Shown: in pieces, positions 6,830 through 16,810 of the stretch
Layout: every line of letters begins with the position of its first letter
Position numbering within the stretch: position 1 is the first letter of the stretch
Position numbers and translations under genes: made by a program
The notes under the pieces: generated by a model
Seen by the model: the letters and a program-made list of their open reading frames with translations, nothing else
Told to the model about the DNA's origin: nothing
Databases searched by the model: none
NCBI GenBank assembly: GCA_963676795.2
Contig: CAXXTB010000002.1
Location: forward strand, 800,001-864,000
Source of the DNA: Geopsychrobacteraceae bacterium
GTDB taxonomy: Bacteria; Desulfobacterota; Desulfuromonadia; Desulfuromonadales; Geopsychrobacteraceae
Direction of reading: 5' to 3'
Length of the DNA: 64,000 nt

Positions 6830-9460
6830 ATGAAAACCGGGGCAATACCAGATGCTTTTTGCCGTGAAATTCCTGAGTTGTTGACGGAATTGGAGAGCTC
6901 TTCGCTTGGTTTGTCGACGGCAGAGGCGAACAGGCGACTGACGCAGTTCGGTCCCAATCGGTTGCGCGAAGGGGAACAGCGCTCGCTGACGGGAATGGTT
7001 GTCGATCAGTATCGCAATCCGATGATCATTCTGTTGCTGGGTGCCGCATTGGTCTCCCTTGTGATTGGCGAGTGGCAGGACAGCCTGGTGATTCTGATTA
7101 TTGTCATTCTCAATAGTGTCATCGGAGTGGTTCAGGATTATCGGGCGGAACAGGCTCTGGCATCGCTGCAGAAACTGTCGGCTCCCTATGTTCATGCCTT
7201 TCGCGATGGGGTCTATCAACAGCTTCCGGCCGAAGATCTGGTTCCCGGCGATCTGGTCGAACTGGAGGCGGGCACTATTGTCGCAGCTGATATCCGTCTG
7301 TTGGAGGCTCATACCCTGAAAATGAATGAAGCCGCTCTGACCGGTGAGTCGGTTGCTATCGATAAGAAGACGATCACGCTTGTCAATCGGGATCTGCCGC
7401 TGGGGGATCGTATCAATATGGTTTTCCGGGGCACCCAGGTGACCTTCGGCCGGGGCTCCGGAATTGTCACTGCCACGGGCATGGCGACAGAGATGGGGCG
7501 GGTCGCGCACCTGCTTGATACGACGGAAAAGCAGAAGACCCCGTTGCAGATCCGCCTGGAGAAGGTTGGCCGCAACCTGGCTTTGGCAACCATCGTGATC
7601 TGTCTGATCGTCTTCATTGCCGGGATTCTGCGTGGCGAAGATCTGCTGCTGATGTTCCTGACCGCCGTCAGCCTGGCCGTTGCGGCAGTGCCCGAAGCGC
7701 TGCCGGCGGTTGTGACCATCTCCCTCGCTTTCGGGGCCCGACGCATGGTGCGGCAGATGAGCCTGGTCAGGCGTCTGCCGGCGGTAGAAACCCTCGGTTC
7801 GATCACCTGTATCTGCAGCGACAAGACCGGTACCCTGACCCAGAATCGCATGTCGGTGGAGCAGTGGCTCGATGCCGACCTGCAGCCGGTCCGCGAAGCG
7901 GATGTCAGCGTCAATGACCCTCTGCTGCTGGTTCTGGCGTTGAATAATGACATTCATATCGATGCGGCGGGGCTGTTGGTCGGCGATCCGACCGAGGTTG
8001 CCCTGTATGAGCATGTCCAGCGTCTTGGCTTTGATCCGTTGCGTCTGAAGCGCGACAATCCGCGTATCGGCGAGATTCCCTTCAGTTCTGAGCGGCAGAT
8101 GATGTCGACATTGCATCGCCGCGAGGATGGGGTGGTCATGTTGCTCTGCAAGGGGAGTTTCGAGGCGATTTCATCTCGCTGTGCCGATAATCAGCATGAT
8201 GCGGTTGGCGAAGCGACCGGGGCTCTGGCCGCAACCGGGCTACGGGTGCTGGCTTTTGCCTGGAAGCCACTCAAACGCCTGCCGGGGTCGCTCGATGCTG
8301 AAGAGCTGGAGAGGGATCTGTTCTTTCTCGGCTTGAGCGGAGCTCTCGATCCTCCGCGTGAGGAGTCGGCGCGTGCCGTGCGTCAGTGCCGCGAGGCTGG
8401 GATCCGGCCGATCATGATTACCGGCGATCATCCGGTGACGGCACGGGCTATCGCAGCGCGCATCGGCCTGGCCGGTGAGGAGGGCAGGGTCCTGACCGGG
8501 CGCGAGTTGGAGCGCATGTCCGCTGACGAAATCTTCGAGACGGTTGCCGATGTGCAAATCTACGCCCGAGTCGCTCCCGAGCAGAAGCTGGATATCGTCT
8601 CCGCGCTGCAGCGTCGCGGTGAGGCTGTCGCCATGACCGGTGATGGTGTCAATGACGCTCCTGCGCTGAAGCGGGCAGAGATCGGCATCGCCATGGGGAT
8701 CACCGGCACCGATGTCGCCAAGGAGGCGGCCGAGATGGTGCTGCTCGATGACAACTTTGCGACCATCGTCAGGGCCGTGCAGGAGGGTCGGACCATTTAT
8801 GATAATATCCGCAAGTTTTTCAGGTATACCCTGTCTAGTAACGCCGGTGAGATCTGGACCATCTTTCTCGCTCCGTTCCTTGGGCTGCCGATCCCGCTGC
8901 TGCCGATCCATATCCTCTGGATCAACCTGATTACCGATGGTGCCCCCGGGCTGGCCCTGGCCAGTGAGCCGGGAGCCAAGGGGATCATGTGCAGGCCGCC
9001 CTATCCTCCGGATGAGGGGTTGTTTGCCCGCGGCCTCTGGCAACAGATCATCTGGATCGGCTTGCTGATGGGGGTTGTCTGCCTGGTGACGCAGAAAGTC
9101 GCTATCTTGCTTGGCTGGCACTGGCAGACCATGGTCTTTACCGTGCTCTGCTGCAGTCAGTTGTTCAATGCCCTGGCGATCCGTTCCGAACAGGAATCTC
9201 TGTTCAGCCTTGGCCTGATGTCGAACCGCCCCCTGCTGTTCACCGTTATTGGCAGCATGGTGCTGCAGCTGGCCGTTATCTATCTGCCGATTATGCAGAA
9301 AATTTTCCATACCCGGTCTTTAGGGTTTGCAGAAATCCTGTTTTGTGGTCTGATGTCACTTTTGGCTTTTTGCGCTGTTGAGCTGGAAAAATTGCTGTTG
9401 CGCAGGGGCTTACTGTATTATGGGGGGAAGAACAAGAGGAGCCGTCGATCCACACATTGA
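6830..9460 (+). CDS. Cation-transporting P-type ATPase, type II (Ca2+-like)
   Basis: TGES, VPEALP, CSDKTGTLT, MITGDH, GDGVNDAPAL and WINLITDG motifs; start at ATG 6830. Confidence 0.93.
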   Translation: MKTGAIPDAFCREIPELLTELESSSLGLSTAEANRRLTQFGPNRLREGEQRSLTGMVVDQYRNPMIILLLGAALVSLVIGEWQDSLVILIIVILNSVIGVVQDYRAEQALASLQKLSAPYVHAFRDGVYQQLPAEDLVPGDLVELEAGTIVAADIRLLEAHTLKMNEAALTGESVAIDKKTITLVNRDLPLGDRINMVFRGTQVTFGRGSGIVTATGMATEMGRVAHLLDTTEKQKTPLQIRLEKVGRNLALATIVICLIVFIAGILRGEDLLLMFLTAVSLAVAAVPEALPAVVTISLAFGARRMVRQMSLVRRLPAVETLGSITCICSDKTGTLTQNRMSVEQWLDADLQPVREADVSVNDPLLLVLALNNDIHIDAAGLLVGDPTEVALYEHVQRLGFDPLRLKRDNPRIGEIPFSSERQMMSTLHRREDGVVMLLCKGSFEAISSRCADNQHDAVGEATGALAATGLRVLAFAWKPLKRLPGSLDAEELERDLFFLGLSGALDPPREESARAVRQCREAGIRPIMITGDHPVTARAIAARIGLAGEEGRVLTGRELERMSADEIFETVADVQIYARVAPEQKLDIVSALQRRGEAVAMTGDGVNDAPALKRAEIGIAMGITGTDVAKEAAEMVLLDDNFATIVRAVQEGRTIYDNIRKFFRYTLSSNAGEIWTIFLAPFLGLPIPLLPIHILWINLITDGAPGLALASEPGAKGIMCRPPYPPDEGLFARGLWQQIIWIGLLMGVVCLVTQKVAILLGWHWQTMVFTVLCCSQLFNALAIRSEQESLFSLGLMSNRPLLFTVIGSMVLQLAVIYLPIMQKIFHTRSLGFAEILFCGLMSLLAFCAVELEKLLLRRGLLYYGGKNKRSRRSTH

Positions 9461-9519
9461 TCGCCGGGCTTCTTGTTATTGTTTGGGCGTGCGCAAGCAC
9501 TTTGACTTCAGGAACTGTT

Positions 9520-12468
9520 ATGACAATTGATATTTTTATTCCCGGTCAGGTTTTTCATGGTTTCCGGGTTGATCGGGTTGATGAGCTGCCGAGTATCAAC
9601 GCCCGGATGATCCGCCTGACCCATGAGCGGACCGGTGCCCGCTTCATGCACCTCTACCGCGATGACGACAATCATCTGTTCGCGGTCGGTTTCAGAACCC
9701 CGCCGGAAGATTCCACCGGGGTCGCCCATATTCTTGAACATACAGCCCTGTGCGGCTCCGAGAAGTTTCCGGTCCGTGATCCGTTCTTCTCCATGCTCAA
9801 ACGCAGCCTCAACAGCTTTATGAACGCGATGACGGCCAGCGACTGGACCCTCTATCCGTTCTCCAGTATGAACTGCAAGGATTTCCATAACCTGCTCGAC
9901 ATCTATCTCGATGCAGCGTTCTTCCCCCAGCTGACCGAGCGTGATTTCAGCCAGGAAGGGCACCGCCTCGAATATGCCGAGTTGGACAATCCTGAATCGC
10001 CGCTCGAATACAAGGGGGTCGTCTACAACGAGATGAAGGGCGCCATGTCCGACCCTTCATCGCTGATGTCACGGCGGATGGATAAGTACCTGTTTCCGAC
10101 CACCACCTATCATCACAATTCCGGTGGCGAACCGGAGAATATTCCGGATCTGACCTGGCAGCAGCTGCGCGACTTCCACGCCCGCTACTATCATCCGAGC
10201 AATTCCTATTTCTTCACCTCGGGGAATCTCGACCTGAACGAAATCCTGCAGATTGTCGAGGCCAATGTTTTGAGCCGTTTCGACAGGATCGAACCGGACA
10301 GCGAAGTGCCGCCGGAAGTACGTCTGGACAAGCCGCTCAAAATCACCGAAGGCTATCCTCTTGATGCCGGAGAACCGCTGGAAAAGCGTTCGATGGTGCA
10401 GGTCGGCTGGCTGTGCAACGATATCAACGACAGCTTCGAGCGTCTCGCCCTGACCGTACTCTCCAGCCTGCTGCTCGGCAATCCTGCCGCGCCGTTGTAC
10501 AAGGCGCTGCTCGATTCCGGCCTGGGGGCGAACCTGGCACCGGGGGTCGGTTATCATGACGACAACCGGACCACCTTCTTTGCTGCGGGGATGCAGGGGA
10601 CCGATCCGGAGAACTGCGACAAGATCGAGGCGCTGATCACGGCAACCCTGGAGAAGATCGCCGCAGAGGGCTTCAGTGCCGAACGGATCGAGGGGGTCCT
10701 GCATCGCCTCGAGTTTGCCAACCGGGAGGTGACCGGTGACAGCTACCCCTATTCGTTGTTGCTGCTGATGCGCCTGATCGGTCCCTGGATCCATGGTGGC
10801 GACCCTCTTGAGGCGCTCGACTTCGATGAGAACCTCAAGCTGCTGCGTGAGAAGCTGAAAGGCGGAAATTTCTTCGGTGAGCTGATCCGCAGCCATCTGC
10901 TGGAAAATTCGCACCGGGTGACCCTGCTGCTCAAACCGGACACCAACATGGGGCCGCGCCAGGAGGCCGAAGTGCGGGACCGGCTCGATCGCATCAACGC
11001 GTCTCTCTCGGCCGAAGAGAAACAGGTCCTGGTCGAACGGGCCATCAGCCTCAAGGATGCCCAGGAGGCACCGGAAGATCTCTCCTGTCTGCCAACCCTG
11101 GAGCTGAGCGATATCCCTGCCAGGGAACATGAAGTTCCTGTCCGTCAGTCGCAAGGGGAAGGGGTGGTCCAGTACTGGTTCGATCAGCCGAGCAACAGCA
11201 TCGTCAATGTCGCTCTGAATTTTGGCTTGCCAGCCCTGAGTAAGGATGAGATCCGCAGCCTGCCGCTGCTCAGCAGCCTGCTGACCCAGTTGGGTGCCGG
11301 TGGGCGCAGTTATCTGGAGATGGCTGAAGCGATGGAAGCTAAAACCGGGGGGATCTTTGCCCGGACCTCGATCCTTGATAACCCGGAAGACCTGGATTGT
11401 TTCAGCGTCGGTTTCGAACTCAAGGGCAAGGCGCTGGTCCGAAACGGTCAGGCGCTGCTAGATCTGATCAGCGATTTTCTGATCCGGCCCGATTTCACCG
11501 ATCGTCAGCGGATCAGTACCGTTTTGAACCAGATTAAAGTTTCTCTGGAAAACAGCGTCCCTCAGTCCGGGCACACTTATGCGGCCCGCAGCGCGGCAGC
11601 CAGCCTGTCGACGGTCGGACGGCTGCGCGAGGAATGGAGTGGCCTGGCTCAACTGAGCCTGATCCGTGAATGGGCCGGCAAACAGATAGCGGAACTCGAT
11701 GGTCTGATTGCCATCCTTGAGGGCCTGGCCGCCAAGATCTTCACCAGGGCGCAGCTCAAGGTCGCGGTGACTGTGGAAGAGAAATTTTTTAACCATTTCG
11801 AGGTGCCGCTCAATAACCTGCTGTCCGGTCTGCCCGAGGGGCAGTCCGGACAGCATCTGGCAATCGAGGCCGGTCATGAAGCCCCCGCACGCAAGGGTCT
11901 GGTCTGGTCGCTGCCGGTCAGCTATGTGACCCGGGTGTTCCGGACCATCCCCTATGCCCATCCTGACAGTGCCGCCCTGACAGTGCTGTCCAAGCTGCTG
12001 CGTGCCGAGTTCCTGCACCGCGAGATTCGCGAGAAGGGTGGAGCCTACGGCGGCATGGCCAGCTACAGCGCCGAAGCCGGGCAGTTCAGTATGCTCTCTT
12101 ACCGCGATCCGCATCTGAAGAGAACCCTTGAGGTCTACGATCAGGCGATCGCCTGGGCTGTCGCCGGGAAGTTTCCTGCTGAGTCGATCAAGGAAGCGGT
12201 GCTGGCCGTCTTCAGTGATCTGGATAAACCGATGTCTCCTTCCGGAACCGGGGCCCACGAATTTGCCTGTATCCGCCAGGGGCTGGGGATCGACATGCGC
12301 AACCGTATGCGTCAGCAGCTGCTGGCCGTTGATGCTCAGAAGCTTAAAGAGGTTGCCGAACGATATCTGCAGGGCAATCCGGGGGCTGTGGCCGTTCTGG
12401 CCGGTGAGGCGGCCATCAGCCAGGCTAATGGCCAGCTGGAAACGGCTCTTCAGATCGTTAAGATCTAG
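9520..12468 (+). CDS. M16C insulinase-family metallopeptidase (PreP/Cym1-like)
   Basis: Inverted zinc motif HILEH, GVVYNEMKG, IREKGGAYGG and SYRDP; start at ATG 9520. Confidence 0.93.
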   Translation: MTIDIFIPGQVFHGFRVDRVDELPSINARMIRLTHERTGARFMHLYRDDDNHLFAVGFRTPPEDSTGVAHILEHTALCGSEKFPVRDPFFSMLKRSLNSFMNAMTASDWTLYPFSSMNCKDFHNLLDIYLDAAFFPQLTERDFSQEGHRLEYAELDNPESPLEYKGVVYNEMKGAMSDPSSLMSRRMDKYLFPTTTYHHNSGGEPENIPDLTWQQLRDFHARYYHPSNSYFFTSGNLDLNEILQIVEANVLSRFDRIEPDSEVPPEVRLDKPLKITEGYPLDAGEPLEKRSMVQVGWLCNDINDSFERLALTVLSSLLLGNPAAPLYKALLDSGLGANLAPGVGYHDDNRTTFFAAGMQGTDPENCDKIEALITATLEKIAAEGFSAERIEGVLHRLEFANREVTGDSYPYSLLLLMRLIGPWIHGGDPLEALDFDENLKLLREKLKGGNFFGELIRSHLLENSHRVTLLLKPDTNMGPRQEAEVRDRLDRINASLSAEEKQVLVERAISLKDAQEAPEDLSCLPTLELSDIPAREHEVPVRQSQGEGVVQYWFDQPSNSIVNVALNFGLPALSKDEIRSLPLLSSLLTQLGAGGRSYLEMAEAMEAKTGGIFARTSILDNPEDLDCFSVGFELKGKALVRNGQALLDLISDFLIRPDFTDRQRISTVLNQIKVSLENSVPQSGHTYAARSAAASLSTVGRLREEWSGLAQLSLIREWAGKQIAELDGLIAILEGLAAKIFTRAQLKVAVTVEEKFFNHFEVPLNNLLSGLPEGQSGQHLAIEAGHEAPARKGLVWSLPVSYVTRVFRTIPYAHPDSAALTVLSKLLRAEFLHREIREKGGAYGGMASYSAEAGQFSMLSYRDPHLKRTLEVYDQAIAWAVAGKFPAESIKEAVLAVFSDLDKPMSPSGTGAHEFACIRQGLGIDMRNRMRQQLLAVDAQKLKEVAERYLQGNPGAVAVLAGEAAISQANGQLETALQIVKI

Positions 12469-12553
12469 CAGCGAACTGAGCTGTTTTGACTGAGCTGATT
12501 GATTTTTCAGGGGACGGTGGCTACCGTCCCCGTTTTACGTTTGAAAGGCGAAA

Positions 12554-14707
12554 ATGGAAGCACAACAATTCTTTGCAACGGCAGCTCTGGGGCTGGAGCC
12601 ACTGCTGGTCGATGAACTGATCCAGCTCGGGGCCAGTGAGGTCAAACAGGAGCGCGCCGGTGTCGCGTTTTCCGGAACGCTTGAGACGGCATACCGGGTC
12701 TGCCTCTGGTCGCGGCTGGCGAGCCGGATTCTGTTGCCGCTGGTCAGTTTCCCGGCGACCGATCCCGAGCAACTCTATCGTGAAGCGCTGAAGCTCGACT
12801 GGCAGGAGCATCTCTCTCCGTCCGGCAGTTTTGCCGTCGATTGCACCCTGTCATCATCGAAGCTCAATCACTCCAAGTTTGCCGCCCTGAAGGTCAAGGA
12901 CGCCATCGTCGATCAGTTCCGCAGCCGGCACGGTGAACGACCGAACGTCGATACCGAACGGCCCGATCTGCGCGTCAACCTGCATGTCTACAAGGATCAG
13001 GCGATTCTTTCCGTCGATCTGTCCGGCCAGAGCCTGCACATGCGCAGCTACCGGATCGACGGTGTCCATGCGCCGCTTAAGGAAAACCTCGCCGCAGCGA
13101 TCCTGATCCGCGGCGGGTGGCCGGAAATTTCTGCGTCAGGTGGCGCGCTGATCGATCCGATGTGCGGGTCAGGGACCCTGGTGCTCGAGGCGGCGTTGAT
13201 CGCCTGCGACTATGCTCCAGGTCTCAATCGTCCTTATTTCGGATTTCTCGGCTGGCTGATGCATCAACCGGATGTCTGGGAGAAGCTCGTCGCCGAGGCC
13301 GAAGGGCGACTGCAGCAGGGGCTGCAGCGGCGGCTGGCACCGATTCAGGGCTTCGACAGCGACAGCCGGGCGATCAAGGCCGCCTGGCAGCACGCAAAGA
13401 ACGCGGGGCTTGACAAGGTCGTTCACTTTGAGAAACGCACAGTGCGTGAGCTGACCTCTCCGGCCGAGGCCAGAACCGGACTGCTCGTCGCCAATCCTCC
13501 CTACGGCGAGCGTCTCGGCCAGGATGATGACCTGCCTGCGCTCTATAACCTGCTGGGGGAAAAGATGACCCGCCACTGTCAGGGCTGGAAGGCGGCGGTC
13601 ATCACCTCCAACCCACAGCTGGGGCGCGCCATCGGCCTGCGTGCGGAGAAGATCAATACCCTTTACAACGGTGCGCTCAAATGTCAGCTGCTGCAGTTTT
13701 CCATCGATGAGAACAATCACTGGCGTTCTGTGCAGGACGGTGCCGGGCGTGCCGTCAAGGTCAAGTTGTCGGCTGAGGCCGAGATGTTCGCCAATCGCCT
13801 GCGCAAGAACCTGAAGAAGTTCGCCAAGTGGGCGAAAAAGGAAGGAATCGACTGTTATCGGCTGTACGATGCCGATCTACCTGAGTATGCCGTGGCTGTC
13901 GATATCTACGGGGATGAGGTCCATCTGCAGGAGTACCGTGCGCCCAAGTCGGTTGAGGAGCAGAAGGCCGCACAGCGCTATCGCGACGTCGTCGCGGCGC
14001 TGCCGCAGGTGCTGGAGATTGCACCGGACAAGATCCATCAGAAGGTTCGCCAGCGTCAGAAAGGGAGCCAGCAGTACGAGAAACAGGCACAGCGCGGGAT
14101 CTTCAAGGAGGTTCAGGAGGGGAACTGCAGCTTTCTGGTCAACCTGACCGATTATCTCGATACCGGCCTGTTTCTCGATCATCGCCTGACCCGCCAGAAG
14201 ATCCAGTCGCTGGCTAAGGGGACACGTTTTCTCAATCTCTTCGCCTACACCGGGGCGGCGACGGTCCACGCCCTTAAAGGGGGGGCGGTGGCGACGATGA
14301 CGGTCGATATGTCGCGCACCTATCTTGAATGGGCGCAGAAGAACATCGCTCTGAACGGTTTTGATCCCAAGCGTCAGGAGCTGATCCAGGCTGATTGTCT
14401 GGCCTGGCTCGAGCAGGCCAAAGGGGAGTACGATCTGATCTTCCTCGATCCGCCGACCTTTTCCAATTCCAAAGGGATGGAGGGGACTTTCGATATTCAG
14501 CGTGATCATGTCGATCTGCTGCACAAGGTTGGACGACTGCTGAGCGATGAGGGGATTCTGGTCTTCTCCAATAACCTGCGCAAGTTCAGTATGGACACGG
14601 AGGCCCTGCGCGAGTTTGAAATTGAGGAGATCACCGCACAGACGATCCCACTCGATTTTGAGCGCAATCCAAGGATTCATAACTGCTGGCTGCTGAAGAA
14701 GTTTTAG
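12554..14707 (+). CDS. rlmKL: Bifunctional 23S rRNA m2G2445/m7G2069 methyltransferase
   Basis: THUMP region, APLKENLAAA, DPMCGSGT, NPPYGERL; second MTase domain YLDTGLFLDHR, LNLFAYTG, DPPTFSNSK. Confidence 0.95.
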   Translation: MEAQQFFATAALGLEPLLVDELIQLGASEVKQERAGVAFSGTLETAYRVCLWSRLASRILLPLVSFPATDPEQLYREALKLDWQEHLSPSGSFAVDCTLSSSKLNHSKFAALKVKDAIVDQFRSRHGERPNVDTERPDLRVNLHVYKDQAILSVDLSGQSLHMRSYRIDGVHAPLKENLAAAILIRGGWPEISASGGALIDPMCGSGTLVLEAALIACDYAPGLNRPYFGFLGWLMHQPDVWEKLVAEAEGRLQQGLQRRLAPIQGFDSDSRAIKAAWQHAKNAGLDKVVHFEKRTVRELTSPAEARTGLLVANPPYGERLGQDDDLPALYNLLGEKMTRHCQGWKAAVITSNPQLGRAIGLRAEKINTLYNGALKCQLLQFSIDENNHWRSVQDGAGRAVKVKLSAEAEMFANRLRKNLKKFAKWAKKEGIDCYRLYDADLPEYAVAVDIYGDEVHLQEYRAPKSVEEQKAAQRYRDVVAALPQVLEIAPDKIHQKVRQRQKGSQQYEKQAQRGIFKEVQEGNCSFLVNLTDYLDTGLFLDHRLTRQKIQSLAKGTRFLNLFAYTGAATVHALKGGAVATMTVDMSRTYLEWAQKNIALNGFDPKRQELIQADCLAWLEQAKGEYDLIFLDPPTFSNSKGMEGTFDIQRDHVDLLHKVGRLLSDEGILVFSNNLRKFSMDTEALREFEIEEITAQTIPLDFERNPRIHNCWLLKKF

Positions 14708-14746
14708 CAGCGCAGATGGACAAGATACGCCTGTTTTAACTAATCA

Positions 14747-14974
14747 AGCCGGGAACCGGCTGTGCGATTCCGCGAATCGAGACGCACAGCGTCTCGTCTG
14801 AGCGCGAATAGATGAGCAGCGCACAAAGAAAAGTGTGTCGTCTGGCGGGACGAGACCCGCCGGTTCTTAAGGTTTCATGTCTATTGGAAAACCAAAGTCG
14901 CGGGGTCTCGCCCCCGCCGATGATCTTCGCTCCTCTAACGGGCAGAACCGGAAAAACTCCGCGAGCGGAGTTTT
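14747..14974. repeat. Cluster of palindromes (REP/MITE-like)
   Basis: Several stem-loops, including AGCCGG-gaa-CCGGCT, CGAGACGC-aca-GCGTCTCG, GGCGGG-acgaga-CCCGCC and AAAACTCCGC-ga-GCGGAGTTTT. Confidence 0.55.
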
Positions 14975-14986
14975 GATTGAAATGGT

Positions 14987-15012
14987 AAAGCCGCCCGAAT
15001 CGGGCGGCTTTT
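14987..15012. terminator. Bidirectional terminator between rlmKL and the hydrogenase operon
   Basis: AAAGCCGCCCGA-A-TCGGGCGGCTTT perfect inverted repeat. Confidence 0.85.
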
Positions 15013-15016
15013 GTCG

Positions 15017-15495
15017 TTATTGCGCTTTGGCTTGTTGATTCAGCCAGTCAATGATCTGCTCCGCGGTGTCGATAACCGGCTGAGCAATCTGTTCCCCAGA
15101 TCGAGCGAAGCTGCCTGAATCCCCAGACAGTTGCACTTTGCACCACTCTCCTGCTCGATCCAGGCGATCAGCGGCTCCATCGGCAGGCGGTGGGAGCTCA
15201 GGCTGCGTTTGGCCAGGACGCTGGCATCGATCAGCCTGAGTTCGCCCGGCATGCCGCCGAAATCGGCGGCATCGAGAAAAAAAACCAGTTCGGGCTGATA
15301 CTCCTCAACCCAGTCGATCGAACGTTCCGGGCGGTTGCCTGCGTCCTCCACCTGAATCCCGCTTAGCCCATCCAGCCGTTCGGCAATGTAGGGACCGACG
15401 CCGTCATCGGAGCGCAGGCTGTTGCCCATGGTGATCAGCAGGGTTTTATCAAGCTTCTCACCAATGAGCGCGTGCAGGGTCTCAGCGACCGACAA
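15017..15495 (-). CDS. Hydrogenase maturation endopeptidase (HycI-like) with an apparent C-terminal frameshift
   Basis: GNSLRSDDGVG, FLDAADFG and SSHRLP motifs; TTG start 15495 with GAGGT SD. One extra G at 15094-15097 restores LGEQIAQPVIDTAEQIIDWLNQQAKAQ*. Confidence 0.85.
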
Positions 15496-16810
15496 AGTCG
15501 ACCTCGAGGAAGTGGGTCGAACAGGAGATGCAGGGGTCGTAGGCACGGACCAGCATCTCCAGGCTCAGCCTGATTTCATCGTCTGAGCGGTCGAGGATCT
15601 CCGGCACCATTTTGTGCATGTCGTCCTCGATGTTCTGCAGGTTCTGGCTGGTCGGAATGACACAGTTGGCCTTCTCGATAATCCCCTGCTCGTTGACCTG
15701 GTAGTGGTGGAAGAGGATGCCGCGAGGCACTTCGACCGCGCTGAATCCGGTACCGGCCTGAACCGGGATTGTCTTGTTCTCGTTAATACCAACGATAACC
15801 GCTTCGCTCTTATCGACGCCGTTTGCCAGGTAGCTGTTGACGATGGCCAGCGCTTCGCTGGCACACTGGGCACATTCAACGACCTGGGCTGCGGTATTGA
15901 GGAACGGGTTGTAGCACGGCGCTTTCAGGCCGAGTTTGTCAGCGACCCCCTTGGCGAAGCTGTTGAGCTTCTGGGAGTTCAGGTTGAAGCGGGCCAGGGC
16001 CCCGACCATGTAGGAGCTACGCTTGTTCTTGGCGTGCTTGGCCGAGGAGTGCGGCACCAGGAATTCGTTGGTGATCGAGGCGTACTCTTCCTTCGGTTTA
16101 CGTACACCGTCGGTCGTGCCGACATCGCCCATCAGCAGCGGGTACTCATCATCGTCGCTGACCAGGCCGACATATTCGGTCTCACGGGCGAACTCGGGGA
16201 AGGTTAAAGAAGAGATCAGCTCGACGGTCGGACCCAAGTCCTCGATCAGCTGCTCCAGTTTGTCGCGCATCGTCTCCAGGTCTTTTTTCTTCGGCAGTTT
16301 GGTGAAACCGCCGACAACCGTGGTGATCGGGTGGACGTGACGGCCGACCAGGATATCGCAGACATCGTTGCAGATCTTTTTCATGCGCAGTGCGCGGCGC
16401 ACCGCTTCGGCGTGATCCTTCATCATCCCCATGAAGCTCTGTTCGCCGACCAGGTCAGGGGCGACAAGCATGTAGATATGGAGGATATGGCTGTCGAGGT
16501 TCTCCATATGCAGCAACAGTTTGCGGAAATCGATCGACTGCTTGCTCGGGGTGAAGCCGATCGCCTGCTCAGCCGCCTGGATCGAGGCCAGCGAATGGCC
16601 GCAGGCACAGATACCGCAGATCCGCGAGGTGATGTGCTGGGCCTCGAAGATGGTGCGCCCCTGGAGCATCGCTTCGAAAAAACGCGGGGCCTCGACAATC
16701 TGCAGTTCAGCCTTGTTGAGCTTCCCTTCTGCCACGTCGACGACGATGTGCCCGTGTCCTTCGACCCGGGTCAGAAATTCTACATTAACAGCTACGTTCC
16801 TACTCATCAT
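15482..16810 (-). CDS. Group 3b [NiFe] hydrogenase large (alpha) subunit
   Basis: TRVEGHG, L1 SRICGIC, EVPRG, L2 RAYDPCISCSTH plus a cleavable tail. Confidence 0.93.
   Translation of the reverse strand: MMSRNVAVNVEFLTRVEGHGHIVVDVAEGKLNKAELQIVEAPRFFEAMLQGRTIFEAQHITSRICGICACGHSLASIQAAEQAIGFTPSKQSIDFRKLLLHMENLDSHILHIYMLVAPDLVGEQSFMGMMKDHAEAVRRALRMKKICNDVCDILVGRHVHPITTVVGGFTKLPKKKDLETMRDKLEQLIEDLGPTVELISSLTFPEFARETEYVGLVSDDDEYPLLMGDVGTTDGVRKPKEEYASITNEFLVPHSSAKHAKNKRSSYMVGALARFNLNSQKLNSFAKGVADKLGLKAPCYNPFLNTAAQVVECAQCASEALAIVNSYLANGVDKSEAVIVGINENKTIPVQAGTGFSAVEVPRGILFHHYQVNEQGIIEKANCVIPTSQNLQNIEDDMHKMVPEILDRSDDEIRLSLEMLVRAYDPCISCSTHFLEVDFVGR

Noticed and set aside
9457..9519. Upstream ORF-track extensions (M16 peptidase; also kdsA 50660, EIID 60911, symporter 29670, delta subunit 17606)
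   Set aside because: They overlap neighbouring genes; downstream starts fit SD position, coupling and family length better.
6812..14680. Long minus-strand ORFs (434, 356, 361, 266 and 267 aa)
   Set aside because: Antisense shadows of well-supported GC-rich genes; no motifs.
14708..15012. Possible CRISPR array
   Set aside because: Only inverted repeats; no regularly spaced direct repeats, and no cas genes in the window.
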